Positions 36,708 through 46,599 of a stretch of DNA of 64,000 bases are shown here, in pieces. Location: positions 1,612,001-1,676,000 of the forward strand of contig CDROCS010000506.1 in NCBI GenBank assembly GCA_977020255.1, given 5' to 3'. A program made the position numbers and the translations under genes. The number at the start of each line of letters is the position of its first letter. Within the stretch, counting starts at the first letter, position 1. Source of the stretch: Obrimoposthia wandeli (lineage: Eukaryota). The notes beneath the pieces are model-generated. The model was not told the origin of the DNA, did no database searches, and saw only the letters and a list, made by a program, of their open reading frames with translations.

Positions 36708-39644
36708 TTAATAATCATCATCATATGCAGGACCAGTAAAGTTATCAAAGCGAGAGAATTCACCGTTAAAAGTTAATCTTACTTTACCAATTGGGCCGTT
36801 ACGTTGTTTACCGATAATGATTTCGGCGGTGCCTTTATCTGGCGAATCATCGTTATAAACTTCATCACGATAAATAAACATAATTAAATCGGCATCCTGC
36901 TCAATCGAACCTGATTCACGTAGATCCGAGTTAACTGGGCGCTTATCAGCACGTTGCTCCAACGAGCGGTTAAGCTGTGATAAGGCAATAACAGGACATT
37001 TAAGTTCCTTGGCAAGGGATTTCAATGAACGCGAAATTTCGGCAATTTCTAAGGTTCTGTTTTCACTTAACGCGGGCACTCGCATCAACTGTAGGTAGTC
37101 AATCATGATCATACTGATACCGCCGTGGTCACGGGCAATACGACGTGAACGCGAACGTACCTCGGTCGGAGTCAGACCAGAGCTATCATCAATATACATT
37201 TTACCCTGTTCCAGCATGCTCTTCATGGTTGCAGATAAACGCGCCCAATCATCATCATCCAACTGACCAGTACGTACTTTGGTTTGGTTAATCTTACCGA
37301 GTGACGCGAGCATACGCATCATGATCTGTTCTGCAGGCATCTCCAGCGAGAAAATAACCGCAGGTTTGTCTTCATTCAATGCCGCGTGCTCACACAAGTT
37401 CATCGCGAAAGTCGTATTATGAATACATATATCTTCAGCAATAAAGTTATGCGTATCAGGTACTGTTAAGTCATAAACCTGCTTATCACCTTGATGCTCA
37501 ATAGCGACAATTTCATCCCAATATAAATCAGATTGACTTAACTGCTGCAGATAATCATCATTTAATAATTCAGCAAACAAGGCTAAACGCTGACGAGAAA
37601 TACCTCTGGCACTCTCACCTTGAAGATGTGGGTTGTAGCCTTCTGGATACTCTTTACCTGCTGCATTGAATAACGTTCTCCACGACCGATCAGCTTTTTT
37701 CAGTAAAATATACTGATTCACAGATTCAGGCATCGTATCTTTATTAGTGTGCTGTGCTTTATCTGCTAATAATTTAGATACATCTGCAAGTGCCAGCTCT
37801 TTAGCAAAAATACCAATTTCACTAATGAATGTTAGGATACTTTGCTGATCTAATATTTCTAATTCATAAGGTGTAGCGCCATCATACTTACTTGTTTTTT
37901 CACGCACTTTGGCAATGATACCGAAACGCAGTAACAGATGTTGCAAGCCATGCACTAATGCGTAACTTGAAGAGGCATAACTTAATCGAGCTTGGTTATT
38001 AGCCTGTACAAAAGCACTACCATCACAGCTAAATAAGCGATTAATGAATAACGCTAATTGTGCTTTAGGCAAAATATAAACAGCATCAGGAATGGTTTTT
38101 TCTAATGCACTTTTATGCCATAACCCATGTGCAGCTAACCATTGAGTCACGCTGTTAATACTATTCTTCGCCATTGCCGTATAGCTCGGCACATCAGCAT
38201 CCGCTAACGTGAACTCAAGCTTTTCTAACAACACTGTTAATGTATCTTGTTCAGGAACACAATGACCATTACACCACTGACTGACACTGGCTTTACTCAC
38301 CGATAATATGCCAGCAAGGTCATTACCAGTGATATTTTTAGCTGCCATACTCTGCGTGAGTAAGGCTGAAAATTGACTTCTATACGCTTCAATTTGTGAC
38401 GTTTCAGCGCTGACTCTAAATGAAGGCGTTCTGTCTTCTGCTAGTACAGGTTTCACTGACACTGCATCAAATTGCTCAATGGCATTAATGAAATCCTGGC
38501 TAATAACCGGGTTCACATTGGTAAACATTGGATTCGATTGTGTCGTGCCACCGTCCGCAATGAAATATGCTAATGCTTTAACTTCATGCTCAGGCATCAC
38601 CTTATCACCAAAATAAGGTAACTCACGCGGTACAGCAATTTTTTCACCTACGCTAATATCTTCTAATGGTAACCAGCCATTACCAGTTAAAAACGGATGC
38701 GTCAAAGTCGTCGATATTTCTCGACCTAATGCAGTTTTAACTTTAAATACAGGTTTCATACCATCATCAACAAACGCAGATGCTTGAGTGACAGAAAGCG
38801 TATAATCGCTATTCACTGTAGCCAAGTTCGCTTGCTCATTAGCAACCAACTCATCAATACTATGCAGTTGACCTGTTAATGGGTCTAAAACTCGAGAGCC
38901 TGAAACAATACACTTACCCATCGATGGACGTGCAGCCACAATAATCAAATCAGACGGTTGGAATCCGGTTGTCATGCCATCAAGATCACCATAACCAGAA
39001 GCGACACCGGTCACACCGTCATGCGGGGTTTGGTAAAGCTCTTCGATTTTATCAACGGTTTCTTGCAGTACGCTTTCTAGATTTTTCGGGCCTTGGCCTT
39101 CGCTCTGTCTTGATTCTGCAATTTGGAATACTTTACTTTCAGCTAAATCGAGTAGGTCGGTACTTTTACGCCCTTGTGGCTCATAACCTGATTCACTGAT
39201 ATCGCTGGCAACCGCAATAAGTTCACGAATGACCGCACGCTCACGCACAATATTCGCATAAGCGGTAATATTCGACGCACTTGGGGTATTTTTAACAATA
39301 TCACCCAGATACGCAAAGCCGCCTGCATCATCAAGCAGCTCTTCGTTATCTAGCCATTCGGAAACGGTAATAATGTCCAGTGGGATATGTTGATCCACCA
39401 GCTTCGCCATTGCTTCGAAGATAAGTTGATGTGGGCGGCTGTAAAAATCTTTCGCCACAATAAATTCGGTTACACGATCCCAGGCTTCATTATCAATGAA
39501 TAAGCCACCTAAAACCGATTGCTCAGCCTCAAACGAGTGCGGCGGCACTTTTAGCGCATCAACAGCACTGTCTTTTCTATTTTTATCTTTTGAAAACTGA
39601 TTCTGAAACTGGTTTTGACGTTTGTCGGCCATGCTAGTGCTCAC
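36708..39644 (-). CDS. dnaB: Replicative DNA helicase DnaB precursor containing an intein (978 aa; about 479 aa after splicing)
   Basis: PPHSFEAEQSVLG, AARPSMGK/TTFAMN Walker A (interrupted), MIDYLQLM, DLRESGSIEQDAD, KQRNGP. Confidence 0.97.
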   Translation of the reverse strand: MSTSMADKRQNQFQNQFSKDKNRKDSAVDALKVPPHSFEAEQSVLGGLFIDNEAWDRVTEFIVAKDFYSRPHQLIFEAMAKLVDQHIPLDIITVSEWLDNEELLDDAGGFAYLGDIVKNTPSASNITAYANIVRERAVIRELIAVASDISESGYEPQGRKSTDLLDLAESKVFQIAESRQSEGQGPKNLESVLQETVDKIEELYQTPHDGVTGVASGYGDLDGMTTGFQPSDLIIVAARPSMGKCIVSGSRVLDPLTGQLHSIDELVANEQANLATVNSDYTLSVTQASAFVDDGMKPVFKVKTALGREISTTLTHPFLTGNGWLPLEDISVGEKIAVPRELPYFGDKVMPEHEVKALAYFIADGGTTQSNPMFTNVNPVISQDFINAIEQFDAVSVKPVLAEDRTPSFRVSAETSQIEAYRSQFSALLTQSMAAKNITGNDLAGILSVSKASVSQWCNGHCVPEQDTLTVLLEKLEFTLADADVPSYTAMAKNSINSVTQWLAAHGLWHKSALEKTIPDAVYILPKAQLALFINRLFSCDGSAFVQANNQARLSYASSSYALVHGLQHLLLRFGIIAKVREKTSKYDGATPYELEILDQQSILTFISEIGIFAKELALADVSKLLADKAQHTNKDTMPESVNQYILLKKADRSWRTLFNAAGKEYPEGYNPHLQGESARGISRQRLALFAELLNDDYLQQLSQSDLYWDEIVAIEHQGDKQVYDLTVPDTHNFIAEDICIHNTTFAMNLCEHAALNEDKPAVIFSLEMPAEQIMMRMLASLGKINQTKVRTGQLDDDDWARLSATMKSMLEQGKMYIDDSSGLTPTEVRSRSRRIARDHGGISMIMIDYLQLMRVPALSENRTLEIAEISRSLKSLAKELKCPVIALSQLNRSLEQRADKRPVNSDLRESGSIEQDADLIMFIYRDEVYNDDSPDKGTAEIIIGKQRNGPIGKVRLTFNGEFSRFDNFTGPAYDDDY
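37416..38912 (-). mobile_element. 499-aa intein with LAGLIDADG homing endonuclease in the DnaB P-loop
   Basis: Block A CIVSGSRV, block B TTLTHPFL, block C LAYFIADGG, block D KTIP, block E RLFSCDGS, block H LQHLLLRFGI, block F VYDLTVPDTHNF, block G ICIHN; the +1 residue is Thr. Excision restores SMGKTTFAMN. Confidence 0.95.
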
Positions 39645-39759
39645 TAAATTTAGTGTGATTTGCTATTATCCTAAAAATATCCCTGTAGGGGAAATGAAAT
39701 AACCTGAGAAGTAGTAAAAATTTAGTCGAGGGAAGTGTTTGGCGGTGTTTTGGTTAATA

Positions 39760-39784
39760 ATAAAGCCTCATCACGAGGCTTTAT
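39760..39784 (-). terminator. Terminator after cytochrome c gene
   Basis: ATAAAGCCTC-N5-GAGGCTTTAT. Confidence 0.6.
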
Positions 39785-39813
39785 GCACTTATTATGTAGG
39801 AATTAGCTCACTA

Positions 39814-40134
39814 CTATTTAAGGCTTGAGAAGTATGCCGCAACGTTATTGATGTCAGCATCAGATAACGCCATTGCTTGGCCACTCATAACAGGTGCCAT
39901 ACCGCCAGTACGCTGACCTGTTTTATATGCTTTTAATGCATTAACTAAATACATTTCTTTTTGACCCGCTAGATTTGGGTACATAGGAATAGCTGAAATA
40001 CCAGCCGCACCATGACAAGCTGCACATACTGCTGCTTTTGCTTTACCAGCAGCAACATCACCACCCGCAGCCATAGATAAAGAAGGTACTAGACATGCTA
40101 ACGCGACGATCATTGTTGTAATTTTTTTCATCAT
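39814..40134 (-). CDS. Monoheme class I cytochrome c (c4/c553-like)
   Basis: Signal peptide, CAACHG heme motif, YPNLAGQK, distal Met region. Confidence 0.92.
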   Translation of the reverse strand: MMKKITTMIVALACLVPSLSMAAGGDVAAGKAKAAVCAACHGAAGISAIPMYPNLAGQKEMYLVNALKAYKTGQRTGGMAPVMSGQAMALSDADINNVAAYFSSLK

Positions 40135-40250
40135 ATACTCACTAATTGCATCCTGCTGTGAAGCAGTATAGGGTTTATCTTTATTATTTAAGACAAATTT
40201 TAGACTTCATACTCAACAATTGAAAGGCTTGTGTATCAGAAATCATTGGT

Positions 40251-41300
40251 TTAGCCTGATTTATGTGAACTAGATTCTCTATAAATACTCGGAGTTTTTC
40301 CTGTCCAGCCCTTAAAACTACGAAAGAATGAACGTGTTTCACTAAATCCTAACTGCATAGCAATATCATCGACTGTCATTTTAGTTTCAATTAGATATTG
40401 TTTCGCCAGCGATAGTCGCGCCTCATCTAATAACTTTTGATAGCTGGTTTGCTCTTGCTGTAATTTTCGCTGTAGTGTCCGTTCGCTCATATTTAACTGA
40501 CCAGCCACCATATCTTTGCGGGTTATCCCCTTGGCTAATAAGGTGCGGATAATATCTTTGACTTGAATACTAAAGCGATGCGAATCACCCAAAGCTGAAA
40601 CTTGTCCAGCAGCATGTAACTCTAAGGTTTGTAATAAACCATGGTCAGGTTGTCGTAAGGGGATATCCAAATAATCACGAGGTAAAATAAGGCTGTTATT
40701 TGGTTGAGAAAATAACACCGGGCAATTAAAAACCTGTTGGTAATGTTGAAGCAGTGCTTGCGAGGGTTTTGCCCGCTGTAAATGTACCGCTAACGGGCCA
40801 ACATCTTGTCCAGACAGCCAACGCGCATAAGCGAGCCAAGAGGCAAAAACATTATCCACCATCTGCTCGCGTACATCTTCAAACGTATAAGCACAATGCC
40901 AGTGAATGGCTAATTGTTGTGGCAGATAATCAATAGACGTAACGCCCATGTCCCCCACCAATTTTTCATAAGGTTGGATCCGCTCTAATGCTTGTGCAAG
41001 CGTCGCACACGTCATGGTGATATAACCTAATACGCTGTATGAACTCGGTTCAACAAACACGCCACTCTTTAAACCAAATAATGGATCGTCCGTGGCAATG
41101 ATAAGGTTGGCTAAAAAAGCCTGCAACTGCTCACCACTAATGCGTTCATTTTCTTGTGTCAACGTCGCAACAGATATGCGACTAGCCACTAATAGCGCCG
41201 GGATATCGATATCCAATGTCTCGACATAGCGCAAATACTGCTTAACTACTGGCACTGATGCCGAACCTAAGCCCACCATAACTGAATCATCCTTATTCAA
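40251..41300 (-). CDS. AraC-family regulator (OruR/VqsM-type N-terminal domain)
   Basis: YSVLGYITMTCATL, FNCPVLFSQP, LNMSERTLQRKLQ, LGFSETRSFFRSFKGWTGKTP; divergent from the 3-gene operon. Confidence 0.92.
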   Translation of the reverse strand: MNKDDSVMVGLGSASVPVVKQYLRYVETLDIDIPALLVASRISVATLTQENERISGEQLQAFLANLIIATDDPLFGLKSGVFVEPSSYSVLGYITMTCATLAQALERIQPYEKLVGDMGVTSIDYLPQQLAIHWHCAYTFEDVREQMVDNVFASWLAYARWLSGQDVGPLAVHLQRAKPSQALLQHYQQVFNCPVLFSQPNNSLILPRDYLDIPLRQPDHGLLQTLELHAAGQVSALGDSHRFSIQVKDIIRTLLAKGITRKDMVAGQLNMSERTLQRKLQQEQTSYQKLLDEARLSLAKQYLIETKMTVDDIAMQLGFSETRSFFRSFKGWTGKTPSIYRESSSHKSG

Positions 41301-41452
41301 TACGTATTATTGAGTATAGCTAGCTTTACCCTAAGGTATTGTGAGTTAGTCCTAATTTGATACTTATGTTGGCTTAATACGACAATGCTATCAACTGACC
41401 TTTGCGCTTAAACTTATGCTACACACCATAATATAACAAGGAAGATAAGCGC

Positions 41453-43138
41453 ATGAAACGTTGGAATGGTTGGGGCGATGAAGCCAATAAATTAGATTTA
41501 CCCAGTACAGCTGATGCTTTTTTACTGGCAAAAGTAGGCACGACAACACCACTCGTCGACGCACAACTTAGCGATGTCATTAAGCAAGTGCCTGAATCAA
41601 GGTTACCGAATCACCGCTTAATTAATCGTGATCCTGAAATTCGTATTCGCCATGCTCGAGGCCAAAGCCTGCCTGACTGGTTAGCCATGCGCAGTGGTGA
41701 TTTTGAATATTTTCCCGATGGCGTTTCATTTCCAGAAAATAATGACGACTTAATCGAACTCCTGAGTTTCTGTCAACAGCAACATATTCTGGTGATCCCT
41801 TATGGCGGCGGTACCAGTGTCGCTGGCCACATTAATCCATTCGCCTCACAGCAAGCCATATTAACCGTGGATATGGGCCGTATGAACCGCCTCATCGCAT
41901 TGGATACTGATAGCCAGCTCGCGACATTTGGTGCAGGAACCCCGGGGCCACAAGTCGAATCCCAATTGCGTGCTCAGGGATATACGCTGGGTCATTTTCC
42001 ACAATCTTTCGAGCTTTCAACCATTGGCGGCTGGGTAGTCACGCGGTCGAGCGGTCAACAGTCTTTACGTTATGGCCGTATCGAAGAATTGTTTGCCGGC
42101 GGTGAAGTCATTACCCCTGTCGGTCTATTGGATATCCCCACTTTTCCCGCATCCGCAGCAGGCCCTGACATTAAGGCCTTATTAATGGGTTCAGAAGGTC
42201 GTATTGGCATTTTATCGACTGTAAAAGTACGCGTACGTAAACTGGCTGAGCAAGAAAATTTTTACGTGACCTTCTTCCCAAGTTGGCAACAAGCTAAAGA
42301 GGCAGCGAAAACCTTAGTCCAATCCGATATTCAATTGTCGATGTTACGCCTCAGCAATGCCATCGAAACAGAAACACAACTCGCCTTAGCGGGACATGGA
42401 AAACAAATCGCCTTACTGGAAAAAGCCCTCGCTTTATTTGGCACCAAAGAAGGCAAGTGCATGATGACCTTTGGCTTAACGGGTACCGCATTCCAATGCC
42501 GCAGTGCGTTAAAGCAATTGAAAAAAATCACCAAAGCACATCAAGGTTTATATACCGGTTCATTCATGGGTAATAAATGGGCTGAGAAACGCTTTACCAT
42601 GCCCTACTTCCGTGAAGCTTTGTGGCAAAAAGGCTATGTGGTCGATACGCTCGAAACAGCAACCGATTGGCATAACGTAGATAACTTATTAACGAAAATA
42701 GAAACTAATCTCCGTACTGTGTTAGCGCAAAATTTAAATGCCGAAGAGGCCCCACAGCTACATGTATTTACTCACTTATCCCACTTTTACCAGCAAGGAT
42801 CGAGTATCTACACCACCTATATATTCAAAGCAGGTAAGAGCTATAAGCAAACCTTAGCGCAATGGGCAAAACTAAAACACTCAACCTCAGAGATCATCGT
42901 CAATAACCAAGGCACGATTAGTCATCAGCACGGTGTCGGTAAAGATCATCAACCCTATTTAGTCACAGAAAAGGGCGCGTTGACGATCCAAGCGATTCAA
43001 TCTCTGTGTGATACTTTTGATCCTCAACAGATCATGAACCCGCATTGCCTGATTGCTTCACCTAACGTCTCAACAACAGAATCAGAACCCGAGTTAGAGT
43101 TAGAATTAAAACCAAAACAAGCACAAGTCATCAGCTAG
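41453..43138 (+). CDS. FAD-binding oxidoreductase, alkyl-DHAP synthase (AGPS)-like
   Basis: MKRWNGWG, VIPYGGGTSV, GHFPQSFELSTIGGWVVTRSSG, GSEGRIG, ISHQHGVG. Confidence 0.85.
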   Translation: MKRWNGWGDEANKLDLPSTADAFLLAKVGTTTPLVDAQLSDVIKQVPESRLPNHRLINRDPEIRIRHARGQSLPDWLAMRSGDFEYFPDGVSFPENNDDLIELLSFCQQQHILVIPYGGGTSVAGHINPFASQQAILTVDMGRMNRLIALDTDSQLATFGAGTPGPQVESQLRAQGYTLGHFPQSFELSTIGGWVVTRSSGQQSLRYGRIEELFAGGEVITPVGLLDIPTFPASAAGPDIKALLMGSEGRIGILSTVKVRVRKLAEQENFYVTFFPSWQQAKEAAKTLVQSDIQLSMLRLSNAIETETQLALAGHGKQIALLEKALALFGTKEGKCMMTFGLTGTAFQCRSALKQLKKITKAHQGLYTGSFMGNKWAEKRFTMPYFREALWQKGYVVDTLETATDWHNVDNLLTKIETNLRTVLAQNLNAEEAPQLHVFTHLSHFYQQGSSIYTTYIFKAGKSYKQTLAQWAKLKHSTSEIIVNNQGTISHQHGVGKDHQPYLVTEKGALTIQAIQSLCDTFDPQQIMNPHCLIASPNVSTTESEPELELELKPKQAQVIS

Positions 43139-43148
43139 AGGGGGTTGT

Positions 43149-44864
43149 ATGTATCAGCCATTAACAAGTTTAACTCGAGATCAACAGCTCGAAAAACTGC
43201 AACTAAATAATGATAATACAATCTGGGATATGATCGTCGTTGGCGGTGGTATTACCGGTGCGGGTATCTTATTAACCGCGAGCCAAGCAGGACTCAAGGT
43301 ATTACTAATCGAGAAACAAGATTTTGCTTGGGGCGCATCCAGTAAATCATCAAAAATGGTGCACGGTGGTTTACGATATCTCGGCAGTGGTCAATATACT
43401 ATGACCAAAGACGCTGTAACTGAGCGGGAAAAACTGCTTAACGAGTTACCGGGTTTAGTTAACCCGCTGCAATTTCTGATGGGGCATTATAAATCTCAAT
43501 TCCCAGGGCCTTTTGTATTTAATAGCCTACTGACCATTTACGATTGGATTGGTGGCAAGCGTAATCACAGTTACATTAATCATGGTATTGCCGACTTTCA
43601 TGTCCCAGGGATTGAGCAACATAAATTACGCGGTGCGACCCAGTTTGCAGATGCAGTGACTGATGATGCAAGGCTTGTCATGCGGGTATTACAAGAAGCT
43701 CAAGAACTTGGTGGCACTGTGATGAATTACCTGAGTGCCGATATTCTTCTTAAACAAGAACTTGAAATAGAACCAAAAGCCGGCGATCAAGTCACAGGTA
43801 TTCGCGTCACAGACCAAGTATCAGGACAAGAATTTAACTTAACCGCAAAAGTAGTCATCAATGCGACAGGACCTTGGACCGATAAATTGCGCCAACAACT
43901 GCAAGCCAAAAAAGCCATTCGACCTTTGCGTGGCAGTCACTTGATCGTGCCCAGTTGGCGATTACCATTAGCCTACTCTGTCAGTTACTTCCACCCTGAA
44001 GATAAGCGTCCTATCTTTGCATTCCCTTGGGAAAATAGCACTGTCATTGGCACCACGGATCTTGACCATCAGCACGATCTAGAGCAACAGCCTTGTATTA
44101 GTCAAAACGAAGTTGATTATCTCCTTAGCGGGATCAACAAACAATTCCCACAAGCCGATATCAGTGAAGCCGACGTGATATCCACTTATGCCGGGATCCG
44201 TCCTGTTGTTAGTAATAGTGTCAGTAACAGTGCCAATAGCAAAAATGATGTCAACAACACCAAACCATCAGACGAAAAGCGTGAACATTCGATCTGGAAT
44301 GAACAAGGTTTAATAAGCGTGGCAGGCGGTAAACTAACAACCTTCAGGCTGATCGCCCTTGATGTATTAAAAGTGGCCCAACATTACTTACCCGATATGA
44401 ACTTAGTAGATCTACAAACGGCTAAATTGTTTAAAGCTATTACCGTAACGCCGCCCGTGGACAGCTACTTAAATCAACAGCAAATACAGCGGTTAAAAAG
44501 CCAGTACGGTAACCATTATAGCCACCTGCTTAATCATGCTCGTCACAATGAGCTAAAATCAATTGGTAGTACCAATACCTCAATCGCTGAATTGAGGTGG
44601 ATTTTACAGCACGAAATGGTAGTACACCTCGATGATCTATTATTACGTCGAAGTCGCATCGGCTTATTATTGCCTAAAGGGGGCGAGCAGTTGTTTGCGC
44701 AGTTACAGCCACTTTGCCAAACCGCATTGCACTGGGATGATAAGCACTGGCAACACGAAGTCACGCGCTATCAAGATATGATTCAACGTTATTACGGCTT
44801 ACCGCAACAAAGAGCTGGTTTAGCCGCGTTTAACGATGATTCACCCCGTGTAGTTGCACACTAA
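43149..44864 (+). CDS. Glycerol-3-phosphate dehydrogenase/oxidase family FAD enzyme
   Basis: VVGGGITGAG, DFAWGASSKSSKMVHGGLRYL, DDARL, GGKLTTFR, LDDLLLRRSR. Confidence 0.88.
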   Translation: MYQPLTSLTRDQQLEKLQLNNDNTIWDMIVVGGGITGAGILLTASQAGLKVLLIEKQDFAWGASSKSSKMVHGGLRYLGSGQYTMTKDAVTEREKLLNELPGLVNPLQFLMGHYKSQFPGPFVFNSLLTIYDWIGGKRNHSYINHGIADFHVPGIEQHKLRGATQFADAVTDDARLVMRVLQEAQELGGTVMNYLSADILLKQELEIEPKAGDQVTGIRVTDQVSGQEFNLTAKVVINATGPWTDKLRQQLQAKKAIRPLRGSHLIVPSWRLPLAYSVSYFHPEDKRPIFAFPWENSTVIGTTDLDHQHDLEQQPCISQNEVDYLLSGINKQFPQADISEADVISTYAGIRPVVSNSVSNSANSKNDVNNTKPSDEKREHSIWNEQGLISVAGGKLTTFRLIALDVLKVAQHYLPDMNLVDLQTAKLFKAITVTPPVDSYLNQQQIQRLKSQYGNHYSHLLNHARHNELKSIGSTNTSIAELRWILQHEMVVHLDDLLLRRSRIGLLLPKGGEQLFAQLQPLCQTALHWDDKHWQHEVTRYQDMIQRYYGLPQQRAGLAAFNDDSPRVVAH

Positions 44865-44884
44865 TTCAGTCGGAGATTATTTAC

Positions 44885-46537
44885 ATGGATAGTCGAGCTC
44901 CAACATCAGCGTCAATGAAATCAACGTCGGAACACAGTGCATCAAGCTCACGAGCATCCGAGCAGCAACAGCAGCAACAAGGTTATTTGCTCAGCATTGA
45001 TAATGGCACCCAGAGTGTGCGCGCACTGCTGTTTGATACTCAAGGTAATTTGCTCGCCAAAGGGCAACAAGTGATCACCCCCTACTTTTCTGCACAACCC
45101 GGTTGGGCTGAACAGGATCCTGATTATTATTGGCTCGCAGTGAAACAAGCCTGTGATTTACTTTGGCAAGATCTATCTCAATACCCTGCGATCAATAAAC
45201 GCGATATTGTCGGTATGTCGATCACCACACAGCGCGGAACGGTGATCAACCTCGACAGTGAAGGTAAAGTATTACGCCCTGCGATCATCTGGTTAGATCA
45301 ACGCCACGCCCAGCAAGAAAATATTCAATGGCCGTGGAACTGGTTGTTTAAGATTGCCCGTGTAGAAGATATTATTCAACGCTTCCAAGAAAAGTCCCAA
45401 GCTATTTGGATCCGTCAAAACCAGCCTGACATCTGGCGTGACACATCCAAATACCTGCTGCTGTCTGGTTTTTTAAATTATAAATTCACCGACAATATTG
45501 TCGATTCCATCGGTAGCCAAGTTGGTTACATTCCGTTTGATTATAAGAAACTAGCGTGGTTGAAAAAATCAGATTGGCGTTGGGATATGCTCGCTATCGA
45601 TCCAAACATGTTACCTAAGCTGATCGAACCCGGTGAACTTGTCGGCCATGTGTCAGAGGAAGCCGCGATCCATACCGGTATTCCAGCAGGTTTACCCGTT
45701 ATCGCTTCGGCATCAGATAAAGCCTGTGAAATTATCGGCTCTGGTGGTAATCGCCCGCATATTGCCTGCTTAAGTTATGGCACCACGGCAACCATCAATA
45801 TAACCACAGATAAATATGTCGAAGCTACGCCACACCTGCCGCCCTTTCCTTCGGCAATACCACGTCACTATTCATCCGAGATCATGATTTATCGTGGCTT
45901 TTGGTTAATCAGTTGGTTTAAAAAAGAGTTTGGTTTACGTGAACAACATATTGCTGATGCCGAGGGGATCGCACCTGAAGTGTTATTCGATCGTTTAGTC
46001 GCTAAGATCCCCGCAGGTTCTATGGGCTTGATGTTACAACCTTATTGGACACCGGGGGCACGCGATCCTGGTCCTGAAGCCAAAGGCGGTATTATTGGTT
46101 TTGGTGATGTGCATACGCGCACCCACATCTATCGGGCGATATTAGAAGGCTTAGCCTACGCATTACGGGAAGGCAAAGAACGTATCAGCAAGCGTAATAA
46201 GGTCAAGATAACGACATTAAGAGTATCTGGAGGTGGTTCGCAAAGTGATGTGGCGATGCAGCTAACAGCTAATATTTTTAATATGCCAGCAGAGCGCCCG
46301 CATACCTTTGAAACATCGGGGTTAGGTGCGGCGATTGTCACTGCGGTTGGGCTAGGAATTTATAGCAGTTTTGATCAAGCAATTGCAGCGATGACAAGGG
46401 TAAACACTGTGTTTCAGCCACAACCTGAAATCGTCAAAACGTATGATGCGCTATATAACCAAGTGTATTTGAAAATGTATAAACAACTACAGCCGTTATA
46501 TAAATCGATTCGTACCATCACTGGCTACCCAAAATAG
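44885..46537 (+). CDS. FGGY-family carbohydrate kinase
   Basis: LSIDNGTQSVR, GWAEQDP, IIWLDQR, RAILEGLAY, VSGGGSQS. Confidence 0.9.
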   Translation: MDSRAPTSASMKSTSEHSASSSRASEQQQQQQGYLLSIDNGTQSVRALLFDTQGNLLAKGQQVITPYFSAQPGWAEQDPDYYWLAVKQACDLLWQDLSQYPAINKRDIVGMSITTQRGTVINLDSEGKVLRPAIIWLDQRHAQQENIQWPWNWLFKIARVEDIIQRFQEKSQAIWIRQNQPDIWRDTSKYLLLSGFLNYKFTDNIVDSIGSQVGYIPFDYKKLAWLKKSDWRWDMLAIDPNMLPKLIEPGELVGHVSEEAAIHTGIPAGLPVIASASDKACEIIGSGGNRPHIACLSYGTTATINITTDKYVEATPHLPPFPSAIPRHYSSEIMIYRGFWLISWFKKEFGLREQHIADAEGIAPEVLFDRLVAKIPAGSMGLMLQPYWTPGARDPGPEAKGGIIGFGDVHTRTHIYRAILEGLAYALREGKERISKRNKVKITTLRVSGGGSQSDVAMQLTANIFNMPAERPHTFETSGLGAAIVTAVGLGIYSSFDQAIAAMTRVNTVFQPQPEIVKTYDALYNQVYLKMYKQLQPLYKSIRTITGYPK

Positions 46538-46573
46538 TAGCGGTGAGTAAAATACTAAATCGCAGGCATAAAA

Positions 46574-46599
46574 AAAGCCATGACCGAGGCCATGGCTTT
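46574..46599. terminator. Bidirectional terminator between kinase and rplI
   Basis: AAAGCCATG-N8-CATGGCTTT with an A-run on plus. Confidence 0.7.

Noticed and set aside
36880-36930. Second intein at the DnaB RESG/SIEQD site
   Set aside because: The sequence is continuous (DLRESGSIEQDAD); the site is empty.
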